From assembly GCA_044892525.1 (NCBI GenBank), contig CM097885.1, positions 24,988,001 to 25,052,000 on the forward strand: a DNA stretch of 64,000 nt, given 5' to 3'. Positions 48,201-60,265 of the stretch are shown one piece after another. This stretch comes from Schmidtea polychroa. Lineage: Eukaryota. The stretch's first letter is position 1, and every line of letters starts with the position of its first letter. Both the position numbers and the translations under genes were made by a program. The notes below the pieces were generated by a model that did not search any database, had not been told where the DNA came from, and saw nothing but the letters and a program-made list of their open reading frames with translations.

Positions 48201-48336
48201 GTATAAAATATAAATTATTATATGTTTATTTATATTGAAAACTTTTTTTATAAGAAATCATAAAATTTGTTCGCGGAACCCATAATTTTTTATACGGAAC
48301 CCAAGGGTTCCGCGGAACCCAGGTTGAAGAACACTG
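45235..48336 (-). mobile_element. Full-length Buster/Charlie-type hAT transposon
   Basis: TIRs CAGTGCTCTTCAACC / GGTTGAAGAACACTG; perfect 8-bp TSD GTTTAGAT (nnnTAnnn); CGGAACCC subterminal repeats. Confidence 0.95.
45483..47423 (-). CDS. Intact Buster-type transposase, 646 aa
   Basis: BED finger CVEC...MKRHLETNH; LQLDESTD, CTDGAKAM, HCCLHRQAL, EVRWLSRG, TTYMCERSFS. Confidence 0.95.
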   Translation of the reverse strand: MDTWLKTGKLPAKVKEVNLETETASKDNAVSSRLDTETSSKNLPSKNKIANDSDKSTKKRKYDDEYLKFGFAWIGNEKEPNGLCVECEKVMHNSSLNPAKMKRHLETNHPTLKNKSIEYFQKKCNELKQKNQQFKKFIHDDNINALKASYLVSYRVAQQGEAYTIAEKLVKPCTKDIVSCMIGEKHVKMVDYVPLSDTTVSRRIMDMANYCEVQLIKRLKNCIHGFSLQLDESTDVSGLAILLVFVRYIHEMAAEEDMLFCKALPSKTTGEEIFKIIDSYFIQHDISWDLCHHVCTDGAKAMLGSLKGVVARIKQKNPYIKNNHCCLHRQALAVKRMPEELKTVLNDCVKIVNFIKSRPLNSRIFTLLCEDMGSKHKTLLLHTEVRWLSRGKVLTRFFHLRDEIRLFFAKHPHELSHKLNDVKWVQQISYLSDIFSYFNEVNLSLQGPNTNIFQVQNKINATIMKLKFWADCILKSNTECFFNLNDFLLSNNAEINENVKIYVLQHLSDLQDTFVEYLPAQIENFDWVQNPFVEYCNNYHLTIKEREQYIDISTDSTLKIKFFEGEILNFWLEMFCQFPDLAKKAIKILMPFVTTYMCERSFSLYIATKTKYRNKLDAENEMRLQITRIVPDFNVICSKKQAQPSH

Positions 48337-49264
48337 GTTTAGATTAATACCAGTAAGATCAATAGGTTTGTCTGAAAAATAGTTGAATTAATATTTAAAA
48401 TCTTAACTGAACATACCATATTTTAATTCACAAATTTGTGAATCCATTGCTTTTAGTTTTTCAGACTTTTTCAGCGGGCATAACCCAACTCAAAGGCTGA
48501 GACAAATGTTTTGCAATATGTGCAGTGGATGTTGCCAATCCTCCAGTATAGTGACACTAAAAATAAATTACAATTTTATAGTAATCAGTTATAATACCTT
48601 ACCAGACTTTATTCTTTTCCTTTACTTGTTTTGCTCATCTTTTTGAATTTGTTTTCAGTGTTTTCGATGTTTGTGCTTTCATCTCCGTCTGGACTGTCTT
48701 TCGGGCGTCTCGCGGGCTTGACCCGGACTGAACAATTTTTAAATATAATAAAAATAAGTGCCAAATACCTTCGCAATTATTTTCATTAACTGTAGCTGAC
48801 ATTACATAGTGAACAATGATTAAAAAAAAAGAAAAACTGATGGAATTTTCATTGCAAAATATTGCTAATATATGAGAAAAGTGGTTTGTTAAAGGGAAAA
48901 TATTTCAAATTATCAAAATTATGTTAATTATAAATAGGTGATTTAAACACCTGGGATTAAATTTTTATTTCTATTATTAATTGAAAATTTAATTTTTAAA
49001 AGGAAAAGAAATATGGATAATTAAACTCAACTTTAATTTAATCTGGATTGCCTGAATTAAAATTAAGTATTAATTTTTGGTATTTTGATTGAACGGGAAA
49101 TTAACCCAACATAAACCTGAATTATGTGTGGTGTTTTAATAAATAATTATTAACTTTCACTAGAGAGTTGACATGAAACATGAACGTGTGTGCATGAATT
49201 GGAAAAAATGATGTATGTGGGAGATAAGGGGGATGAATAGGGTATGGTATTGGGAAGACAATCT

Positions 49265-49500
49265 GGTGAAGGGACCAGGCCAAATCGGACACAAGCCTTC
49301 TATCGGCAGTCCGTGAACCCAGTAGAGTGCTCGACAATTACAGTGCAAGTAGTGCGCTCACTTTTTGCGAGCACTCACCCTCTTGATACAGTACCAACGT
49401 TGATCATTCAACGGGTATCAAGCGGTAAACAATGTTGTATCTTGGGTTACGCTGGCAACAGCACTAAAGAGCAAAATATTTGATCATCAGTAACCCACCA
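49265..49500 (+). mobile_element. LTR-X conserved 3'-terminal fragment
   Basis: AGGGACC...AAATCGGACAC...CAGTAACCCACCA. Confidence 0.8.
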
Positions 49501-49669
49501 GTCATTATTTCTATAGCACTTCTATCTTCTAATGTGTATTTATTTAAATAAAGGAAATTTTTCTTTTTTGGAGTCTTGAAATTCATAGAGTAAATTGAAT
49601 AAGTGCAATAAGGTCGTAACCGGGAAATGCTAACGTTAATTAATAATTTACATTTTCATTCTATTCGAT

Positions 49670-50560
49670 ATGAAGGAAACTGACAACTGTTGTGTTTTAG
49701 TGTACAAGTTGATGGAAAATCTCCGGAAGGATCGGGAGCAGGCCCAACAACGTGCTGACGAACTCCGGGTCCGAGTGGACAAATTGAAAGGAAAATATCG
49801 GGAGTTCGAAGCTATGAAGAAGAAAACAGCCCAGATCCTCCAGCTGCAAACGCAGGCCGCTCAGGACCAGATGGAGATCCGCGCTCTGAAACTGCAGGTG
49901 CGGGCGTTCGAAACCGAGCGGAATGAGCAGTTGGTGCAGGAGGCCGTGGCAAGGCAAATACGGCCCCTGACTGTTGAACTCGCGGCAATATATCCCCCGG
50001 CCGCCGAAAATAAGCCCAAAACAAAACGGCTTGGACGAAACATCCGCGGAAAGTTAAAGAAAGCCAGACTGGCCGAGTACGAAAGACAAGCGGGTTCATC
50101 ACAAACGTCTACGACGGGATTAACCGGCCCCACCAACCGGCCGAGTTGAACTTTTGTTCCGTGTTGTGTATTTCTGTAGTGCGTTTTCTACACCTTGTAG
50201 TACTAAAACAATATTTCTTTTGCTTGGTGTTAAAATAATGCACATTTTATAGTGTTAAAGTAATGTCTGATATATTTTATGATGGCCCCAGACTGAGAGT
50301 GTGTGCATAAGGTTGGGAAAACAATTTTGATAAGGGACCTGAGAAATCGGACACACACCTTCTATCGGTAGTCCGTGAACCCAATGGAGTGCTCGACAAT
50401 TACAGTGCCTTGATGCGCTCATTTTTTACGAGTACTCAACCCTTGGTACAGTACCAACGTTGATTACTCAACGGGTACCAAGCGGAAAACTACGTTGCAT
50501 GTTGGGTTACGCTGGTAACAGCACTAAAGAGCAAAATATTTGATCATCAGTAACCCACCA
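49670..50560 (+). mobile_element. LTR-X 3' part with ORF-B (49701-50149; short in-frame deletion removing GTWFSP)
   Basis: Close homolog of 3170-4051; ends AACCCACCA. Confidence 0.8.
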
Positions 50561-50687
50561 TTCAAATCAAATAGAAATTTTACAATATAAAATAATTTAT
50601 ATATTTTTGTTGTTTATAAATGTGTCTTCAGTGAAGAAAAACAAGACTGGTTATTCAAACATTTTTGTCTGATTGTCGTCGATGTCA

Positions 50688-51338
50688 TCAGAATACAAGT
50701 GCTAAATTTGTTCGGTGACAGTTGACAATTTGACCTGTTTCGGAAAATGTCGTTTCTGAAGAAGCTGAGGATGCTGGAATGGCCAAGTAGTGTCTTGTCA
50801 TGGAAGAAAGTAATGGAAACCTTTCACTATGAATCCTCCACCAGTCAAGTGCACCAGTTCCCTTTGGTGGCTTGATTAGTAATAGGTAATCTTTCATTTT
50901 CTTGGCAACAGATGTCAAAGCAATGCTATTTTGACTACCCTGAACTGAGAGGATCGTGGGCTCCTGAATCGTCCAATCTTCAAACAGTAGGTCCACTGGA
51001 TCCATTTCAGAAGAAGGTCGACCAACGCTTGATTCAGATGCTTGTTCATTTTCTTCAGTTGAAAACTTTTTCTGTATCATAGCACAGATCTCAGTGTACC
51101 TTGTAATTTTATTGCCACCATCAACAAGATTTTCTGAATGAGGAACATGCTTGAGGATGACACCCCGATGTGAAGGATCAATGTAGTGTGCAAAAGCTAC
51201 TTCATCTTGTTGAAGCCCCATGTCAGGGAATCGTTTCTCCATTTCATCAAGAATATTATTAATAAATTCTTCAACAACAGTTTGTAACTGAAATGTGCGA
51301 TCATCTGCTGATGAAATATAAGTCTCAACTTTCATCAA
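50688..51338 (-). mobile_element. hAT (Ac/ZBED1-like) transposase C-terminal fragment
   Basis: HYIDP and LDWWR...FPLLSSMTRHYLAIPASSASSETTFS dimerisation-domain motif; ATTGAATATTG repeats at 51365-51540. Confidence 0.75.
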
Positions 51339-51567
51339 GCCATGCTTTGCTCTAACAAATCAGTTTATTGAGCAAATCAATATATTGAACAAATCAATAT
51401 ATTACCAAAAACAATATATATTGAATACTGCTTTGAAATTCTATAAGTATTGAATATTGTTTTGAAATTCAATATGAAAAATTGGCTATTTTGAATATTG
51501 TTTTGAAATTCATCATATTGTATTGTTTTGAATGTCAATATGGTCGATATGCAAATGCTTATTACAA

Positions 51568-54500
51568 ACCCATAAAACCCCCAAGCTGTCCTAAGGCTTG
51601 GCTGGGCTCAAAAATTATCCCCACAAACACTTCACGCTTAAATCTATTGTTAAAAATTGCTAACAGTCACACTTTCAAGAGAAATATTGAGTATGAAAAG
51701 TACATAGTTTAATTTTGGCTGCATTTACGTAAAATTAAAATTGCTTTGTAGAGAATTAATTAAATGTTAATATTTTAATTTGTTAGCAAAAGGGTCCGCT
51801 TGTTCCTTTCAATTATTGATTTTAAAGTAAAATTTCAGTTAAATATTTTATTTATTATCGTAATAAAAATTTCTCAGAGAAAATAATTTAATTTCAACCT
51901 TTAATAATTACAATCGATTTATAAAATAATTTATTTACTAATCACAAAATATAAAAATTAAATATTTCGATCATAAAATACAAGTAATTTCAACAACTAA
52001 TGAAACCTTTATTAAAAAATAAAATCTTTTCACATAATACATAAACAGTTTCATTTCAAACATTTAATCAACTTCTTCAACTGTCGGACCTTGTTTCCCA
52101 GCACCTCCTTGTCCGCCAGCTGCACCCGGTGCACCACCTGGAAATCCCCCTGGAAATCCGCCCGGGAATCCTCCAGCACCAGCACCACCTGCCCCTTGAT
52201 ACATTTTAGTCATTATTGGATTACATATCTTCTCCAATTCTTTATAATGATAATCAAACTCATCCTTAGTCGCCTGTTGATTCTTTTCCAACCAATTTAT
52301 CGCTTCTTGACATTTATCAATTATCAGTTTTCTATCTGATTCAGAAATTTTATCTTTCAGTTTTTCATCTTCAACTGTTGATTTCATTTGGTATGAATAA
52401 CTTTCCAATGAATTCTTTGCAGCTATTCTGTCTTTTTGTTCTTCGTCTTCCTTTTTGTATTTTTCAGCTTCATTAACCATGCGTTCAATATCATCCTTTG
52501 ATAATCGTCCTTTATCATTGGTAATGGTAATTTTATTCTCTTTTCCTGTACCCTTTTCAACTGCAGACACATTCAAGATACCATTTGCATCAATATCAAA
52601 AGTAACTTCAATTTGCGGAACACCACGTGGAGCTGGTGGAATTCCAGCCAATTCAAATTTACCAAGCAAATTATTGTCCTTTGTCATCGCTCGTTCTCCT
52701 TCATAAACTTGAATTAAAACTCCCGGTTGGTTATCAGAATATGTAGTAAATATTTGCGTTTGCTTTGTTGGAATAGTTGTATTTCGTTTAATTAAAGCTG
52801 TCATCACTCCACCGGCAGTTTCTATACCCAAGCTCAATGGAGCTACATCTAATAATAATAGATCTTGTACAGCTTCTGATTTATCTCCTGACAAAATTGC
52901 CGCTTGTACTGCTGCTCCGTACGCAACTGCCTCATCGGGATTGATGGATTTGTTCAATTCTTTTCCGTTGAACAAGTCTTGTAGGAGCTTTTGAATTTTG
53001 GGTATTCTTGTTGATCCACCAACTAATACAATCTCATGAATTGTATTTTTATCCAACTTAGCATCTCTCAATGCTTTCTCTACTGGCTCTAAAGTCGAAC
53101 GGAACAAATCAGCATTCAATTCCTCAAACCTTGCTCTTGTAATTGAAGTGTAAAAGTCAATACCTTCATATAATGAATCTATTTCCAAATTTGCTTGTGC
53201 ACTGGAACTCAAAGTTCTCTTTGCTCGCTCACAAGCTGTTCTCAATCTTCTAACTGCTCGCTTGTTATCACTAATATCTTTCTTATGCTTCCTCTTGAAT
53301 TCTTGAATAAAATGATTTACCATCCGATTATCAAAATCTTCACCACCCAAATGAGTATCACCAGCAGTAGATTTCACTTCGAAAATACCATCTTCAATTG
53401 TTAAAATTGATACATCAAAAGTTCCTCCTCCTAAATCGAATATTAACACATTGCGTTCAGCACCAACCTTTTTGTCTAATCCATAAGCTATAGCAGCAGC
53501 TGTTGGTTCATTAATTATTCTTAAAACATTTAATCCACTAATTGCACCAGCATCTTTAGTTGCTTGTCTTTGACTATCATTGAAATAAGCTGGAACAGTT
53601 ACAACAGCATCTTTAACTGTTTTACCCAAGTATGCTTCTGCAATCTCTTTCATTTTTATTAAAACCATCGATGAAATTTCTTCGGGGAAAAATGTTTTTG
53701 TTTCACCTTTGAATTCTACTCGAATTTTCGGTCTACCAGTTTCATTTATTACATCGAATGACCAGTGTTTCATGTCACTTTGAACTGACGATTCATCAAA
53801 TTTTCGACCAATTAATCGCTTTGCATCTAGAACATTTTAATTACTTTACTCTAATTCAGTATTAATTCTTACCGAAAACTGTATTATTAGGATTCATCGC
53901 CACTTGGTTTTTTGCAGCATCTCCAATCAATCGTTCGGTATCTGTAAATGCAACATAACTAGGTGTTGTGCGGTTTCCTTGATCATTCGCAATAATTTCA
54001 ACTTTTCCATGTTGAAATACACCAACGCATGAATATGTAGTACCCAAGTCAATACCAATAGCGTTACCAGACATTTGGAATTATTCAAAAGTTATAACAC
54101 AATATAATAATTTTATTCAAAATTTGCAAATATACACGTAATGAACTGCAAACACTTTATATAATTAAAATATAGAAATTCTAGAAAACAAATTTTAAAA
54201 CAAACATAAATTCTAGAATTAGAATATTAACAAAACGAATGATAGAAAGTTGTAGAAACATATTTACTTTATAAATCATTTTATTTAATAAAGTTTTAAT
54301 GGAAAATGAACATTTTTAATAGTTTAATTAATTTTAATAAAGTATTTGTCAAATTTTTAAACAATATTATATTATGTAAATATTACACAAACTGTAAATC
54401 AATGACCAAAATGTAATATGACAATTATTTAACTCTTACTTTGCCAGGAAAAAATATAAAATGACCATATCGGTCTTTTAAGTATAATTTTTGATTATCA

Positions 54501-56852
54501 ATATATATATTTATTTATTACATTTTTATAATAAGAAAATCTGCACAATAAACAGAAAGGTTGTAGATAAAATTCATTAATTTGTAGTATGAGTCAATTA
54601 TGAAAAGTCGTAAACAAAAAATATAGTCAAGAGCATAAAATGACACCAGAGATACAACATTCATAAAATGCTCTTTTGATCACAATACATCAAAGTTATA
54701 ATTATGAATTGAATTATATATTTATTACACTTTTATAATAAAAAAATCTGCACAGTCAACATAAGCAGGGTTACCAACTCGACCATTTTCACCCAAAGAC
54801 TTCGGGTCTTCGGGTTGAACACTTATGACTCGTTCCAGACTTGGTAACCTTGTAATGCATTTATTGAAAGAATTTTTTCAATAATGAATTCCGTTTGGAG
54901 AGATGAAAGAAATAAAATGAGAACTTTCTATAAGAATAAATTTCAACATGAAATGTGAAGATTTTCTTACATATTTAAAAGCACCAGAACAAAAAAATTT
55001 ACTTGAATGTTCATTAAAAACAACAAAATATAATTTTAAGAATTAATTATATTTTCTGAAGTTCCTATTTTTTTAATGTTTTCTTTTTTAATAAATTTTG
55101 TTGTTTTATGTTTTATTGTTATTGAATCAATATATTTTGTTTTATATTCATATGTATATATTATATATTATTAAATCTTCGGATGTAAAAATAATTTCTT
55201 CGGGTCTGACTCGTTCCAGACTTGGTAACCCTGAACATAAGAGTTGTAGATAAAATTCATTAATTTGTAGTAAAAGTTAATTATGAAGTCTGAAAACAAA
55301 AGAATATAGTCAAGAGCATAAAATGACACCAGAGATACAACTTTCTTAAAAATGTTCTTTTGATAACAATACATCAAAGTTATAATTTCCTCCATAACTA
55401 TTCTTAATCATCTTGTTTACCATTGTTGGGGTTCAACAAGAGAGGCACAAAAATGAGGTGAAAATTGGCAAAAACACCAAATTCAAAATAAAAATTTAAA
55501 GTACAAAATATTAATTAAAAATCAAAAATTTTAAAAAATGAATATTTTCTGGGGGAAACTGGTATGGGCGGATGCTGAATAATGAGACGAGTTCAGCTAT
55601 ATTAAAATAAAATCAATGGGGGGTCCCTAAAAGGAATAAATTACAAAAAAACAAAAATTAATTAAAAAATTAATTAACTAATGGAAAACCCGAGCTAATG
55701 GGAAACCCGAGCTAATGGAGAACCCGAGCTAATGGGAAACCCGATACAATGGAAAACCCGAGCGAATTGAGAAATCAAATTTTGGGAAGGCAATTAATTT
55801 AGCCGGAGAAACCCAATTTTGGGAAGGCAATTAATTTAGCCGGATAAAAAGTAATAAGCGCCGTCAAAGAAAATGAACAAATTCCCTTCAATTGAATTAG
55901 ACCTCCAAGAGGAAGCCCGGGGGAAATAAGACCAAAAATAATTGGCAAAAATAAAGTCAATTACCAAGCGAGTATAAAAGCAACTGGCAAGAAAACAAAA
56001 TGCCAGTTGGTCGAAGAAAAGAAAATAGAAGTTTGAAGAGAGCGAAAAAGGAAATATTAAAGTTAGTAGAAATAAAACCATTTAAAAAAAATCGAACGTA
56101 CCAGAAAGGGACATCTCCCGTTGGAAGATCTACCCCTGCGTGAGATTTGGTAAGAAATTGAAAAGTGCAGACAAAACCTGATTGTATCAAGTGTGAGTAA
56201 ACTAATACAAGTGTAAAAGTGTAACTGCATCAGTGTCAATAAAGATTTTGTGTTGGGTTATTTATTTATTCATTTATTTATTTGGAAAAGAACACAAAGG
56301 AGTCAGACCGTAGTACCGACTTGCATTAAAAACTCAACATATTTGGTGAGCCCGACGTGATCAAAAGTCAGTGAAAATTTGTTGAAATTGTGATAATATT
56401 TGAGTGATACCGAAGAATAAAAAGATCGGTGAAAATTTGTTGAGATTAGTAAAGTATCGGAAAAATTTGGAAAAAGATAATAATAATTAAATAAATAAAT
56501 ATTGAAGTGAAACGTTTATTTGAAAGTGGTGAACATTTATTTGAGAATTATTAAAGTGGTGATTTTATAATTGAAGCAAAGTGGAAAAATTTGTAACGAT
56601 TGATTGTTGAAAAGTCAAAATTAAAACGAAAGGTAAATTTTGTAATTGTAACACTTTGAATTTTAGACGAGTAAAGCCTGTGTTGACCCGATCATTTTAT
56701 AAATTGAGAAGCCAAAGACTAATAGAGAATTTAATGAGTACCCAAAAACTAACCAATAATACAAATAACAATGATGAAACACCTGTGTCCACGGTGGGCA
56801 ACGGCAAGGAAGGCAATGATTATGCGAGTTGTCAAAAACTACCTGTGGATCA
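51568..56852 (+). repeat. Segmental duplicate of 20028-25311 (hsp70, promoter, MITE, 5' LTR, PBS, gag start)
   Basis: Near-identical at offset 31,540-31,541. MITE at 54766-55233, LTR at 55424-56339, PBS at 56344-56361. Confidence 0.97.
52064..54074 (-). CDS. hsp70: Cytosolic HSP70, second copy (intron 53872-53827), protein identical to the first
   Basis: The ORF-track translations are identical. Confidence 0.97.
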
Positions 56853-56947
56853 TCTTCAACTGTTGATTTCATTTGGTATGAATAACTTTCCAATGTATTC
56901 TTTGCAGCTATTCTGTCTTTTTGTTCTTCGTCTTCCTTTTTGTATTT
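56850..56947 (-). pseudogene. hsp70: ~100-bp third hsp70 fragment joined to truncated gag
   Basis: Matches 20825-20922 with one substitution. Confidence 0.9.
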
Positions 56948-57181
56948 GTAAGGGACCTGAGTAAATCGGACACATACCTTCTAACGGTAGTCCGTGGACC
57001 CATAGAGTACCCAACAATTATAGTGCCATTAGTGCGCTCAATTTTTGCGAGTACTCACCCTCTTGATACAGTACCAACGTTGATTGCTCAACGTATATCA
57101 AGCGGTAAAACAATGTTGTATCATGGGTTACGCTGGTAACAGCACTGAAGAGCAAATTATTTAAATATCAGTAACCCACCA
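56948..57181 (+). mobile_element. LTR-X conserved 3'-terminal fragment
   Basis: Same terminal block, ending CAGTAACCCACCA. Confidence 0.8.
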
Positions 57182-57928
57182 AAGTAAAAAGAATTTCGAA
57201 ATCGGGAAAATAGGAAAGACAAAAATATTCTTATCTCAACAGCTTGTCAGAGATAATGGGAACAAAATAAAAACAGGCCGGAGCCGCAAAAAGGGAAAAT
57301 TAGAAAATATCTCGACACCTGTTAAAGATAACTCAGTGGCAGGGAAAAGTTGGGAAATCATGTTGGAGAAAAAATGGGGAATTGAAGATAAACTGAAGTG
57401 CCACAAATTGACGAGGTATAAAAGGAGGTAGCACAGCAGAAGTAAGCAGCACTATAGAGAGGACAATTTAGAAAATTAAGAGAACGTGGGAGAATTGTAT
57501 TAGCGAACAGTTTGGAGAAACCCTTGAGAGAATTTGGAAGAAAAATTTAAATAAAACTGAAGCAGGAAGACTATAGAGAAAACAGAAATAAAGAGAAGCA
57601 GCAAGAGTTATTCAGTTGTTAATATAGTGAAGTTAGGCGATTAAAGCCAAGTCAAAATCAGAAAACAACCAGTTAAAATTACCAATTATTACACTCCTCA
57701 GTTGTGAGAGATTCTTCAAATCAAAGTTATACAAGCGTACTATTCCTCGCCATAGTGTTGTTATAAGCACGGTATAATAGTTAGCTTATTAAGCCAATTG
57801 TATCAGTGTGAAAATATTTGTGATATTCAATAAAGTTTCCAGTGTTAATTGTTGTTTGTGGAACAGTCAAGACACGCTTGGAGTCAGAGTAAAAATTCTA
57901 ATTTTATCACCAACTCAATAACCCAACA
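57182..57928 (+). mobile_element. 5'-truncated LTR of another Gypsy-like family
   Basis: GTATAAAAG at ~57416, AATAAA at ~57829, a GGAGTCAGA block also seen near the end of the 23884 LTR, and an AACCCAACA terminus. Confidence 0.55.
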
Positions 57929-58518
57929 AAACTACAGAATAAAATAACTTGATACAACTTGCAAATAGATATCATTTTATGCTTTACTTAGACGTAGCAC
58001 TTGGCTAATAATTAATAACTTTGACTAATTGCTTTCTCCCGTCCGTGAAGTATATTACTACATAACAGCTTATTACCTAAAACCCTATTACGCCTCAGTT
58101 GTTTGGCTGAGGCTGTATTTGACAACAAAAAAGGTCATGTTTAGATAAAAATATATGATTTTCCTCAATTGTCACTCAAACATGTTTTTAAATAGAAACC
58201 CAATTTTCAATGACCTAACAGAAAATACTCGCATAATTTGTTTAAATTAAAAAAAGAAATACAATAAACTTGTAAAAATAATTGTAGAGTAGATAAATAA
58301 TAGTAGCGGGACCCTTTTATTAGAACCTTTTCTGGGATGATTTCTTCTGAATGAATAACATTTTCTACAAATCACAAAATATTTTATCACACCTCCAATG
58401 TTTTACACCATATCTTTTGATGATGAAGTTGATTGATCTTCACTAGTTATTACTATAAATCTACATAAAAAAATTTCCTTTATCGAAATATCTAATGAAA
58501 ATGTTTTTTCGTCTCTTA

Positions 58519-59863
58519 CAGGGTTTTTCAATTGAAATCAGATTTTTTTCAAATGAAATCAGAATTTTTTCAAATGAAATCAGAATATTTTCAAATGAAA
58601 TCAGAATTTTTTCAATTGAAGTCAGAATTTCTTTAATAGAAATCAGAACTGTTTTAAATTGAATTCAGAATTTTTATGGGTAATAAAATATTATATACAC
58701 TTTAAATGAAATCATGATAGAGTAAAAATTGGTAGTTAAAACTTTTAATCAAAATTCTTCTCTTCTTACCGCCTTTAATGCAAACCTTCTCGTGTCGTTG
58801 AAAAATCCGATACAATCCTCCGTGGTTATCGAATTGTGTCCCATTTCAATAGCGTTTTTCAACTCGATTACATTTAGAACGTTAGTCGATTTGACAATTG
58901 ATTTCCATTTCGAGAAACACTCTTCAATCGGATTTAATTGCGGCGAATAAGGTGGTAAAAAGCGTAACGTAAATCCAGAATTGTTGATCAAATCGCGTGC
59001 GCCAACACTTTTATGTATTGTACAATTATCCATTATAATCGTACCTGTCGATATTCCTTTCGATCGTAGATTTCCTATAAATTGGGAGACAAAATTTGTA
59101 AACTTCTCTGCATTGTATCCACCTTCTACAACTTCAAAATTCAAAATCGACATTTTACTGATTGCTGCGTACACTGAATAGTTTTTACTTCGTATACTTC
59201 TCACTTCTTTGCGAGCAGGCGACCCTACTTCGCTTCGTCCATATCCCAATCTCATCGAGCAATTGAAACCGCTTTCATCAAGGAAAAAGACATGGTCCTC
59301 GTTTAATGCCAAATATTTATTGGCATACTCATACCTGCGCTCAATAGCCTCCGCAGTGTTGCGGGCAGCGGGAATTAAGGCTACTCGTTTAAAAGAGAAA
59401 TTAAAGTCTTTGATTGACCTATGAATTGTGGCCAACGATACGTTAACATTCATAGACTCACTCAAACTTCTTTTCATACCTCTCAACGGAGTAGAACAAT
59501 CATCGGAAATTTTTTCTTTTAGAAAAACTAAATGCTCTTCGCTCAATTTTTTGAACTTGCACCCTCTATCTTCCATTTTATCAATCCTTCCTGTCGTCTT
59601 GTAAATGCTAATAATACTATAAACAGTTTTATAGTTCATAACGAGATCTGCAGCAATTTTTTTACGCTTTGGCCGGAATCAAATTTGATACATAAGTTTT
59701 CTCGCAGCATTGCTCAATTGTGATTTTTTTGTTGGAGGTGTCTTATGGTTCATTGATTTTGAAAAATATTAATATTTTATGGATATTATATATACATATT
59801 TGAATTTGATTTCGTTTAAAACAGTTCTGATTTCATTTGAAAAAATTCTGATTTCAATTGAAA
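58519..59863 (-). mobile_element. Tc1/IS630-like transposon; right TIR lacks its outermost bases
   Basis: TA|CAGGGTTTTTCAATTGAAATCAG with ~21-bp internal repeats; inverted copies at 59805-59863. Confidence 0.85.
58749..59639 (-). CDS. DD34E transposase (N-terminus from the ATG at ~59753 is interrupted by a TGA)
   Basis: FFLDESGF, IMDNCTIH, LPPYSPQLNPIEE; 34 residues between the second D and the E. Confidence 0.9.
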   Translation of the reverse strand: MNYKTVYSIISIYKTTGRIDKMEDRGCKFKKLSEEHLVFLKEKISDDCSTPLRGMKRSLSESMNVNVSLATIHRSIKDFNFSFKRVALIPAARNTAEAIERRYEYANKYLALNEDHVFFLDESGFNCSMRLGYGRSEVGSPARKEVRSIRSKNYSVYAAISKMSILNFEVVEGGYNAEKFTNFVSQFIGNLRSKGISTGTIIMDNCTIHKSVGARDLINNSGFTLRFLPPYSPQLNPIEECFSKWKSIVKSTNVLNVIELKNAIEMGHNSITTEDCIGFFNDTRRFALKAVRREEF

Positions 59864-59914
59864 GTATCAAAAAATCATAAATTAGTGGTGTAACAAAGAG
59901 ATCCATGTTCAACA

Positions 59915-60047
59915 AAGACAATGAAATCCACCTGCATGGCTAACAAGAACAATGTAATCCACCTGCATGGCTAACAAGAACAATGCAATCCACCTGCATG
60001 GCTAACAAGAACAATGCAATTCACTTGCATGGCTAACAAAGACAATA
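59915..60047. repeat. ~31-bp tandem repeat x4 (AATCCACCTGCATGGCTAACAAGAACAATG)
   Basis: Directly visible. Confidence 0.9.
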
Positions 60048-60265
60048 AATACTAATAAAAAATTTCATGATAAATTTTTCAAAAAATAAATTTCAGCAGT
60101 ATATGAAGGATGGGAGGGGGTGAAAAATTGTGTAACACAATGTAAGAAGTAGACTAATATTAAATATATAAGTTAAGTGAAAATTTTACGCAAATTTTTT
60201 ATTTTTACCAATCACTTTTAGCTCACTCGATTTGTTATTCTATTATATTTAACTTACTAATGTTA

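Larger units (their letters stand above)
45076..48852 (-). pseudogene. manf: MANF/ARMET-like pseudogene, about four exons, last exon split by a hAT insertion
   Basis: Signal peptide then NNCE (48852-48769); KTSKGKE; CHYTGG...LSQPLSWVMPAEKV; DSQICELKY; KPIDLTGINLN[insertion][33 protein letters not shown]; ...KADL. Several frameshifts and a stop. Confidence 0.85.

Noticed and set aside
20524..48852. Functional stress-gene cluster (hsp70, DnaJ, MANF)
   Set aside because: DnaJ is a lone exon and MANF is a pseudogene; co-location is not evidence of co-function.
56656..56964. 102-aa gag/hsp70 fusion protein
   Set aside because: The hsp70 part is read antisense; it is a by-product of the rearrangement.
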